A stretch of DNA of 64,000 bases from Balanoglossus misakiensis (lineage: Eukaryota > Animalia > Hemichordata): contig CM082577.2 of NCBI GenBank assembly GCA_040954595.2, forward strand, positions 18,698,303-18,762,302, written 5' to 3'. Numbering within the stretch: position 1 is the stretch's first letter; each line of letters begins with the position of its first letter. Below are positions 1 through 11,300 of the stretch, one piece after another. The notes under the pieces are model-generated. The model did not search any database, had not been told where the DNA came from, and worked only from the letters and a program-made list of their open reading frames with translations. The position numbers and the translations under genes are program-made.

Positions 1-131
1 ATTTGGGGTGACCTCAGGTGACCTTTGACCTACTTTCCAATATCTTGTTATCCACAGCAGATACAGCCGTGGCATTTGCTGGTCACCATGGGAACCGCTT
101 GTGCCCCGCCAACGCTGCTTGCAGCTTTAAT
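1..131 (+). mobile_element. 3' end of a Helentron-family element (subfamily P), continuing upstream of the window
   Basis: GCTTGTGCCCC subterminal IR + GCTGCTTGCAGC palindrome + TTTAAT, same as the end at 17496-17530. Confidence 0.85.
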
Positions 132-164
132 TAGGGGCACAAGCCTATCGGGCTTGTGCCCCTA
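132..164 (+). repeat. 5' terminal hairpin / asymmetric TIR of the autonomous element
   Basis: 14-bp perfect stem, 5-nt loop. Confidence 0.92.
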
Positions 165-3100
165 TTGGTATTGTTGGAATTTTTCTTTATTATTATTATT
201 ATTATTATTATTCTTCTTCTTCCGAGAAATTCGGCCAGGTAGATCTGGAAAACCGCAGCACCTAGGGGGCTGAAACTTGGTAGGGTGGTAGGGGCCAATG
301 AGTAGACGTGCAGTGGCTCGTGAATATTTAATAAGTCACGTGACCTGGCGGCCATATTGGATTTCCTGAAAATCGTTAAATGAGTCCTTCTCTAAAACCA
401 CTGGGCCGATCGAGTTCAAATTTGGTGTGCAGGTAGCCTACCTTATGTCCATCATTTTACCCCATTAAAATCATGACGTCATACATAACGTTTTTTTGCT
501 ACAATTGTTTTTCTGAAAAACTACTTAAAACTTTAAAAATCTTCTTCTCCAGAACCAGCGGTTACCGAGTCTCGGGATTTGGGATATGTGGTCACCTAAC
601 CTATGTCTATCAAGTTTGCAAAGCGCACTGTGATTGGTCGATCATTATGGCGGCCATGTTGGATGTTCGGAAAACCATTGAAAAGTGATAATTCCGTTTT
701 GTAGCCAAAATGTTGACAGCATGGAAATTCTTTTTTTGGATATGAGTCATCATATGACCGGAAGTTGTCACAATTTTTCGGGGCAATTTTTACATGACCT
801 TTGACCCAGTTTTAAAACAACTAATTATATATGCATATTCCCCATACCTCCTCTTGTAAAAGCACCACAGTCATGAATTTTGTGGACATGGGTAACAATG
901 CTGCCAGGACATGACACAAATATTTTGGTAATTTTGGCAATGACCCTTGACCTACTTCTGAAACATCATTTTTCTGCATATCTAATTCCAGGCTAACCAA
1001 TAGGGCTAGAGCTCTGGTTTTAGTTGGACATGGCCCACTCTGGGGTCAAAATTTTATGCCCAAATTTTGGGTGACCTTGGATGACCTTTGATCTACTTTC
1101 CCATATCTCAGCATCCACGGCAGTTAGAGTCCTGGCTTTTGGGGGGCGATGGAGCACATATGGAGTCTTACACAAGACCTCATTAATTATGCACATACCT
1201 AATTCTAGGTGAACCAATACAGCTAGGGGTCTGGTTTTTGTTGGGCCTATTTCCGATACATCATTTTACTGCATATCTAATTCCAAGCTAACCAATCGGG
1301 TTGGAGGTTTAGTTTTTGTTGGACATAGACCATTCTGGGGTAAAAAATTTAAGCCCAAATTTTGGCTGACCTCATGTGATGTTTGACCTACTTTCCCATA
1401 TCTCGGTATCCACAGCAGATACAGCCTTGGTATTCGCTGGTTACCTCAGGAGACTTTTGACCTTCTTTCCCATATCACAGCATCCAGAGCACATACAGCC
1501 TTGGCATTTGGGAGGGATTGAACACATAATGGAGTCTTACACCTGACCTCATTAATTAGCACATATCTAACTAAATAGTAGGTAGAGGTACGTTTTTTGC
1601 TGGACATGGACCAGTAAAATTTCGGGTGACCTTTGCTGACCTTTGACTTACTTTCACATATCTTGGCATCCACAGCAGATACAGCCTCGGCAATTGGAGG
1701 CATTGAACACCTAATGAAGTCTTACACTTTGACTCAAAAAATAAATCAGTTATTTTTTATTTTTCCTTTTCAGATTGTTTGGGTTGATTTGAATCAGGCT
1801 CCAGGCCCACAGAAAAATATATATAAATACATGACACCAATACACACAAAGCTTACAAGTACAATAATTACCGTAGTATAAAATATTCCTCCAGTGTCTA
1901 CACAGTAGACACTCTATATATGTACAGGCATAGATATTCTTAATATAGAGATTCTCAGAGGTGCATAGGACTAGGTGGATGCGCGAATGTGATGAATACA
2001 ACAGGTTGGTAGGTCTACACAGATTGCAATGTTGCTGAAGTGGCATCCCCTGTATAATGGATTTGCTGAAGAGTGAACTGTTCCTAGTTTTGCTGAACTG
2101 GTCGTGTAGTAGTGAATAGATTGGAGTGACACAGAAAACAAGTAGAGTTCAGTCTTGTAGGCACTCCCAGTGAGTTGTGAATGTCAACTGACAATTTCCA
2201 CATAAAGGTAGCCAGAACTGATTGACCTGCTTGAACTGTGTATTAAAATTTCTATTGTTTGCACTTAAGTTCATCAGACACCATCATCAACTTCACCTAA
2301 GTAGTAAATACCAGGTGTGAACATATCAATATGCAAATGGGAAGAACCCAGTCATTCAAACTTCCATGAAATCTTATGAAATCATTTTGCTGGTGTCAGT
2401 GCACTACAATGGTCCTTCTGGAAACTGTTCAACTTATCAAATCATCGCCTGACACTAGAAAAGTAAATCATGGTTTGGTGATAACAGGTGACATCTTCTG
2501 GAAAACAATTCTTTATCTGATTGGAGTGTGGCTATCATTAACGTAGCCCATTGTTAGCTCTCTAACAAACAAGACCACTAAGATCTGTATACTTACTAGG
2601 GATAGTGTTACATGAATGTTAAAGCCATAATTATTGAACACACCTGTCTCCCAATACATTTGGTATTCTAAGTATATGTATGGGTCAGTGCAGGTCACGT
2701 GAACATATAAATCACCTATTGACAATAATAGCATATGGAAATAAACATAAACCAATGACAATAATTTAAACATCAAGGTATGAATACAGTTACATAAGTT
2801 CTTCCAATAAGTGCTGTGACTATTTTTAAAATAATTCAGATATTTATACTGTAGTACTAATAGGAACACATTTTATGAAAGTTGATGTCCTTGTCTACTA
2901 CGTTTGGTATTTCTCTAACAAATCAAATATGACATAAAAAGTAAATAATTAATGACACGCCCGTAATGCAAAACTGATAGTGTCAGTGTTGGTGGGTTAC
3001 TTTGGATCTGTCAATAACCAAGCTCATACTAAATGTTTGCGATTAAAGCGATAGTGAGATATTTCAGTGTACAGTGTTTGATTTATTCACACTGGTTCAG

Positions 3101-4959
3101 TTATTGCTACTGCAGTTAAAGCATGTTGTTAGTACATATATAGCAATGATGATTCACAGAATACAAGTCTGAATACCAGATATCAAGGATAATTTTGGGA
3201 TTGCCATTCATAGGATGTTTTTCTTGGTGCGTGTACCCCTAAAAATTAAGTCTCAGATGGGCAATTTGTATTGTTTTCTGAAAGCAAACATCATATGGGG
3301 ACATTGGTTTTTGTTTTATTCTATAAAACACCATACGGTACTATACTTCAGACAGGTTATTAAAATCGCTTCACAAATGTCTCTATAATGATTTTAACTT
3401 CAGTGTATTAAGCCATTCATGACAGCCTCAGAGACACAAAAGTAGACAGTGGTAATATGTAGTCATTCTGTAGATAACATAGTGAAAATAGATAAAAATA
3501 TATTTCAAACATTTACAAAATGGAATTGAACATTGATAAACCTAGGCTACCCTGGTGCTAATGTTTTTCCAATTATAAATCAATGTTTTACACATTTCCC
3601 CCAATGGTACTTTACATACAGTGTAATAAAACATCAATTAGAAATATTAAGTTGTGTAATCATACTTAAATTAACCTTCTTCCTAGAGAATTTTCAATGC
3701 ACCATTTACCAACTTCCATTTCATTGTCAACAGAATGAAAATGCTTTGGTACATGATTGAAATCTTTCATTCAAGCTTTACTATATTTTTTGCAATTTTG
3801 GCAAATTTCTCATTATTAACTTGACACGTACAATGGTTTCTTTAAATAAACCTTACTGATGGGTATTTACATAAAACATAGTGTGAACCTCTGATTCAGG
3901 CTGCATAATAAATATGACTAACTTGAATCATTAACAGATGCTACATCCATCTATTCTGCAGTCCCGCATTGTATAAGTACACACTCATTCTAGTATGCAC
4001 ATGGATATTGGAATCTGCACATATTCCAAATGTTGTTGTCTGTATACATATAGGATCAGATGATGGGTGAAATATGCCAGCACAGTGTTCTCCAAAGAAC
4101 AATTAAAGCATGGTGGCTACCACTCTTATTCTTAAATTTTGAGAAAGCAATATCACTAACATAATGATTACAATGTTATGGATATTATCCACCTAACTTT
4201 CCCAAAATCCTGTGGAGAACACTGTGTAAGCAGTAATGCAAACAAGGCTATTGGGACTGTTATTACTCACACTTTTGATATCATATATTGTCTGTTAATT
4301 ACAGTAACACAGTGTCAGGTTGGAATTATGACATACATTCATGTAGGACTAAAACTGTGAGTTTTGATGAAATCAGGTGAAATACATATCTCAATTGACA
4401 GTACTGGAATAAATAAAATCATCAAGAAATGACAGTCGGGTGCATTTAATGGATAACATCACAACAACATGGTCACACCCATAACATTTTGGGTATAGTC
4501 AAATAAAAGTCATGTCATGCATCAGAAATCATAAACGGCCACCACTGACTTCTTTTTTTGTAGCACGTTATAAATTGGTGTGCTTTAATATACATCAATA
4601 AGCAGGTATGTGTGCACAATGACCTACAACATGATAATATCATGTCACTATAATGATGATCCATGTAAATGATTGCATTTGAACATGTCATTTCAATGAA
4701 ATCATTGCAGCCATGTCAAACAAATGGCTCTGAAATGATAGACAATCAAATATTAGTCTCCCATCACACAAAAACAGTGACAGCTTGATATCAAATGTGA
4801 CAATTAGCACCAGGGTAACCTAAGAGTAACATATTAATTAGTTTACAACCCCCCCCCCCCCCCCACCCCAACAATTCCCAAATGGGGACCCGTAAGTCTC
4901 AAACCCCATTATCCCTCCCACCAGTTGTATGTAACACGGGTTTTAAATACTATATGCAT

Positions 4960-5340
4960 AATGCCTTAATGATGTTAATGCTGACAGAAGTACTTTGGCA
5001 GTATTTCAACTCCAATATTTTCTGTTCCTTTCACATACACATGGTCAATCAATGTACAAGCTTCTGTAGTTAGATTGCTCAAATGTTGCTTGAAACCAAG
5101 GTCTTGCATTACATTGACAAGAGATGATTTAAATATTTTCATTGATGTCACCCATGATCACTGAAGCACCTGGATACATTTACATTTCCTTTCATCAACA
5201 GAAGTAAGTTTTTCCTGAACACCTCTGCTTTATATGATGGTGGTCTTAAATTACTGCTACCACCGTATTGGTGATTGAATTTCAATCCATTCACTGGTAC
5301 CTCACTTGTATTAAATTTGCTTCTCAGATCACCATGTTTG
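4960..5340 (-). pseudogene. Degenerate duplicate of the 3' (endonuclease) part of the RepHel ORF
   Basis: CCTTTCACATACACATGGTCAATCAATGTAC and TTACTGCTACCACCGTATTG occur here and again at ~5447-5480 and ~5677-5696; this copy has indels. Confidence 0.8.
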
Positions 5341-5371
5341 GTTAAACATTGTAGATATTACAATGAGTCTT

Positions 5372-8300
5372 TCAATAGATCTTAATGCTGATGGCTTCAT
5401 GAAAACTGAAGTACTTTGGCACAATGCCAACTTCCACCTTTCCTGCTCCTTTCACATACACATGGTCAATCAATGTACCAGCTTCTGTGGTTGGTTTGCT
5501 CACGTGTTGTTTGAAACCATGGTCTTGCATGAGTTTCACAAGAGATGATGAGGTTAAAATATTTTCATTGAAATCACCCATGATCACTGTAGCACCTGAA
5601 TACTTTGACATTTCCTTCACCAACAGAAGAAGGTTTTTCCTGAATGCGACTGCTTTATAGGATGATGGTCTGTAAATTACTGCTACCACCGTATTGATGT
5701 CTTTGACATAAAATGTAAGATATTCCAAGTTACTAACAGGCAAATCCAAAATTTCAACAGATTGACTTCCTTTGACGTAGAGGCCAACACCACCATGATG
5801 TTGCAACTGCAACTGTGAAGAATTCATATCAAAGTTGTTATACGATTTTGACCGAGGCTTGTGACTGAATTCAAATCCATTCACTATCACATCACATTTT
5901 GTCTGGTTCTCAGTTAGCCATGTTTCCGTCAAACAAATAAAGTCTGACTCCAAGTATTCCTTGCCACTACGAATATCTTCCATGTGGTTCAGAAGACCTT
6001 CAACATTATGAAGTATAAAAGAGCATCTATAGTTTGGCTGTAATTGCTCAAAGCACCCATCAACAAACTTTGGCATCATTTCCAAGGCTGCTTGAACCTT
6101 TTCATTGCAATATATAGAAGATGTCTTAAATTCATCAATTATTAGCCCATCTAATGATGTCACTCGACTCAATGCAACATATGCCTGTCCTGGTGCAAAT
6201 ATCTTCTTTAAACTGACAACAGCTTTTTCAACTGTTAATCCCTGTACCTTATGCACTGTACATGCCCATGCTAGTTTCAGAGGAAATTGTCTCCTAATAC
6301 CACCATTACTTGCAACAGACATTTCCTGAGGTTCTATACGGGTGGTGTTTTCAGGAAGGTCAGATATATTTACACGGTTCTTGTTTCGCAATCCTTGGCC
6401 AACTTTCACATTGTCAAATACAACATAAACAGCAGTTGGAAAGCTTTCATTTGGTTTCACATCAATGTGACATACTGATCCAAATACACCATTCACCAAT
6501 CCATCAGAGACATCAATATTTTGTGTCAGTTGCACTCGTGCACCCTTAGCTAGAGTGAGAGTCTTTGGTAAAGTGGTCCTATAGACCTTGGCATGATGGC
6601 CTTCCTTTCTTTGGAGTTTCCCAGTCTTAGTATTCTTACTAAAATCTTGTGCTTCAATACATACAGGATCAGAGCACAAGGAATGTAGCATTGTGATATT
6701 GCAATTGTTAACTTCTGCATTTGTAGCAAAGATGTGAATTGCCTCAGATGCTTCACCAGTCACACGGTTATTGAACATTTCTAGATCATTTGCACTCAGT
6801 GTGTGCCCTTTCTTGTGAATTCTTACTCTATTTAGTGCTTCTGCAAATGCACAGTCCTTTTGTCTCATTATTTCAGTGAGTTCCACAATTTTGAAATTAT
6901 TCCACATATTGATGGCATCATTTTCCACACACAGTGGACTTGCTTTCACAGGTGGCAGCTGATAAAAGTCACCCACAGCAATAACACACACATTTCCAAA
7001 TGGTGAACCACTTGGTGTTTGTTTGATTTGACGTAATCGTCCATGTACGTAGTGAAATAATTTTCTGTCTACCATAGAAATCTCATCTATTATTAAAATC
7101 TGAAGATTTCCCAATTTGGAACGAAGAGTGTTGAGTTTTTCTTCACGTAGTGGCTCATATGGTAGTTTTGAGTCTACTGCTATTGAAAATGCATGATGGA
7201 GAGTTTCACCTCCTACATTAAATGCTGCAACTCCAGTTGAGGCTGTTACCTGTATTGATTTTTCATCTGGGTTAGCCATTACACGAGATAGAATTCGTTT
7301 GGCTTCATGATATATGGTTTTGATTAAATGGCTTTTCCCTGTGCCAGCACCACCACTGACAAACAAATAAAGAGGTTCTGGGTTCTTGCCATTGCTTTTA
7401 TCCAGACACCACTGTCTGACATTATAAAAGACTTCTGCCTGTTTCCTGTTCAGTGACCTACACATTGCTTGAACATCAGCCCTCCTTACTTCAGAGGTAG
7501 AAATTTCTATGTGGCAATCACCTTTTGGTTTGTGCACCAAATCTGGAATATCCTCCTCATTTACATCATCATCAGGCAATTGTTGACGTTCATCAATGCA
7601 TTCTAATCTGTCTATTTCACTTTCTGGACAGATTTGGGCCCATGCGTCCTCCAGAGGACCACTTCCTTCAAGGAGCTCTTCAGCTAAATCAACGGCATCA
7701 GCCTCTTTCTCAAACATTGCTTTATTTGCATCTACTATGACTTTCACTGTTTGTATAGAAGCAGATCCACACTTCACTGCACCCGCAGAATAGAAATTTT
7801 CATATGTTTCAAACCCATTTGGTTTCAATTGGGAATCAACCCAGTGTGGCAAGAAGAGTTCTAACATAGTGCGGTAATACTTTTCTGGAAATTTGGTCAC
7901 AGAAAATCTTGCATATCTAATGACAGCTGGATCAGTTCGAGATCTTTTTTGCATGTAACCTGCACCATTTTCCAACTTCACTATTGGATTTGCACGTTTC
8001 TCAGTGGTGGTATTTGTCACTTCTGATTTTGACACTATTCGATATTCTGAACAAAATGTCGCAAGACACATGTCGTCAAACTCGTCATCATTTGGTCTGT
8101 TCTTGTATCTGTCTACAATGCTATTGTACCAGATATCATCCTCATTCATATCATCTCCTGTCATTTTGCTACGTATTACACTCAATGGCAAACTCATTTT
8201 GATAGGGGTTTCTCCAGTTGGAATGAACTGGACTTTTCGAGATGATTGCTTCAGTTTCAATCCACACAGTCTATATACAGCCTCTTGAGCACTTACTTCT

Positions 8301-11300
8301 CTGTTGTGCAGATAAACACTGCCTAATTGTTTCAGTGCAGATTTAGCATCCACATTTCCCTCTTTGTTTGCTTCTCTCTGTGCATTTTCCAGCAGTAAAC
8401 CCATTTCTCTCTCTGCCTTAGAGATATATGACACAATGTACACAACACAGGCATAAGCATCCACAACAAACTGAATGTCCATGTTTGCATCCCAGCAACG
8501 GAGAAGGTTGGCATTATATTGGTTCACCCAAACATCATTTGGTTCACGCTTTAATACTACACTTGTTTTCCTTGCCAAAATTGCATGTGCTTTCTCAAAC
8601 ATCTCCTGAGAAATGCTGACCTCATTAAACAGTGCATCAACCGAATCAATCTGTTTCTCTTTGTCATGCAGGCATGTCCACACTTTTTCCAAAATATTCC
8701 TAGCAGCCATCTGGCTCATCACATTCTCAATTAACTGAGTTGTGTCACTTTGACATTTCTCTTCAAGTGTTGCGTTATCGTCATCAAGGTTTGACTTCTC
8801 ACCTTCACCTGTCATTTCTATATCTATATCAGGACGGCATATGAACGTTTTCTTTGATGGTGGTCGTGGAAAGTTGAATCTGCATCTAGTGCCCTTTTTC
8901 TTGCAAGATTTGGAGTGCCTTGAGCTGTGTTTCTGAACTTTATTCACAATCTCTTGCAATTCCTCATCCTCCTCAACAGAAGGCATTTGACATGTTACAT
9001 ATCTGTCAACAAAATCAACTACATCTTCATCAGTATCTCTATCAACCTTTGGTGCATTTTCAACCCAAAATAGGCAGTGTGTATGTGGTGAGCCTCGTTG
9101 TTGAAACTCGACTCGATAAAAATAATCTTTGATATTTCCAATAGGATTGGCTGGTGACATGATGACTTCTCTCAGAAAACAATGAAATCTGTGATCAAAC
9201 ATTCTGGCTGCTGTTACAGGATTTCGTCTCAAGATAGCACATTTCTCAGACCATTCAAGATCCTCAGCATTACGTACATCTCCTTCTCCACGAAGTATAG
9301 TCTCAATAACTTCTTTCCACCGTAAATCGGCAGCAGAAAATGAGCAAAACCATGTTGGTATACCCAACTGTCTGATCATTGCAAACAGGTCTTTTTGTGT
9401 TGCTTGCCAATAAGGAGGAGTTCCTCTTATAGGTTTTAAAAACTTATAGCCTTCATCAGACTTCAAAATCTGTTTCAAAGATTCACTGTCACTTAAAACA
9501 TCAGATGTCACTTTTTTGCCACAAGCATTAGCAGTTCCTTTCCTCAAAGCAATTGACACATTGGATACAACCTGGTTAATTTCAGACAGATATTGCGCAT
9601 AAAAGATATAGTCTGTGCTTTTTGAAAATCTGTTACTTGCATTCATTACACGACCTTGCAGGTATCGTCCTATTGTTATCCTAACCTCTCGGTCATCGTG
9701 AAATGTGGGTGACCCAGTTGGGAATAGCACAGGAAAGCACTTAGCTTCATTCAACTTTTCCATCAACAGACAAACAGGTTTATTACCCTCTGCTGGAGCA
9801 ACACAAGATATATCCTCAAAGTGATAATCAAGAATATCCTGACCTATGTCAATTGGTTGGAGGCATGTGTCCATCAATATTCCATTAGTATCTTTGTTGG
9901 ACACATTGTTATCTTCTGTGTCTGATGACACATCATTACTTTCAGTATCTGAAACATTTCCTTTGGTCTTTTCATTGTTTTCATCATTGCTTTTGGTGTT
10001 AGACTTTTCTGATTTGCTTTCAGCATCTGAAATAACTTCTTCAGTCTTTTCAAGAGTATTTTTCCAATTCATATTGAATGTTATATCACTGTAATACTGA
10101 TTATTTGTCTGTAGGTATTCCAAAGCATTCTGAATGTGTCGTTTGTTTACAAACTGATATTCATAGTAACCTTTATAACTCAGTTTTCGCTTCAATTTCA
10201 CCCTTATCATCTGATCATCAAACTCATTCCGTGGCAAAATATTTGTAGCCTTCTTTATATCAGAAGGGACACACACTACAGGTCCATGAACTCCATTCTG
10301 ACCACCCTTAGGTAATGCCAACATTTTCATGAATGGAATATTTAATGCAATTAAATGTTGCTCAAGTGAGTTGAGGCATTTCAATTCAGGAGGGACTGAT
10401 GTGACATGAAGGTTGTTTGCAACAGCTTGAACTGGCATCTCTCCACGTAAAAGTTTTCTATGGCATGTGAAACAAATCCACAATTTACTGGCTGCATTAT
10501 TCTTGAGAGGGCAGTCAGCCATACATGTCGAGGCACATTTGTGAACATATTCTTCTGATATACATTTCACAGCAATATCAGATGTAATTCTGTTACTGTA
10601 ATATTTATCCTTGTTGCAAACAATTACTTGTTTCCTGAAAAGTCGACGATGACAAACTGAACATACACAATTTGGACCTTCTGAGGCAGTATTTCTAAAA
10701 TTAGCAATAACATGTTGAACATTTTGCTTGTCAATGTCATTCTGTATCATCTGACACCTGCTTCTCTTCAATGCATTATCTTTGTAATGAGGGTCATTCT
10801 CATATCGTTGAATACTCTGTGTCTTCTTTGATTCACGAAAGTTTACGTCTTGGTGATATTTTTGGGATACTTGTTGGGACATTTGTGCTTTATGTGCTTC
10901 CCGAAAGTCAGTATTTTGTTCATATTTTACTCTTACGCATGCCTTCTGTGCTTCCCGAAAATCAGGATTTTGTTCATAATTTACTCTTATGCGTGCCTTC
11001 TGTGCTTCCCGAAAATCAGGATTTTGTTCATAATTTACTCTTATGCGTGCCTTCTGTGCTTCCCGAAAATCAGGATTTTGTTCATAATTTACTCTTATGC
11101 GTGCCTTCTGTGCTTCCCGAAAATCAGGATTTTGTTCGTAATTTACTCTTATGCGTGCCTTCTGTGCTTCCCGAAAATCAGGATTTTGTTCGTAATTTAC
11201 TCTTATGCGTGCCTTCTGTGCTTCCCGAAAATCAGGATTTTGTTCGTAATTTACTCTTATGCGTGCCTTCTGTGCTTCCCGAAAATCAGGATTTTGTTCG

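Noticed and set aside
1950-4950. Possible captured host gene in the AT-rich region, including ORF 2513-2869 and the poly-C at ~4849-4870
   Set aside because: No recognisable protein motif or convincing exon structure by eye; blastx would be needed.
5372-6020. Separate LINE insertion suggested by the AP endonuclease
   Set aside because: It is in frame with RepHel, with no RT or poly-A tail; EN fusion is a known Helentron feature.
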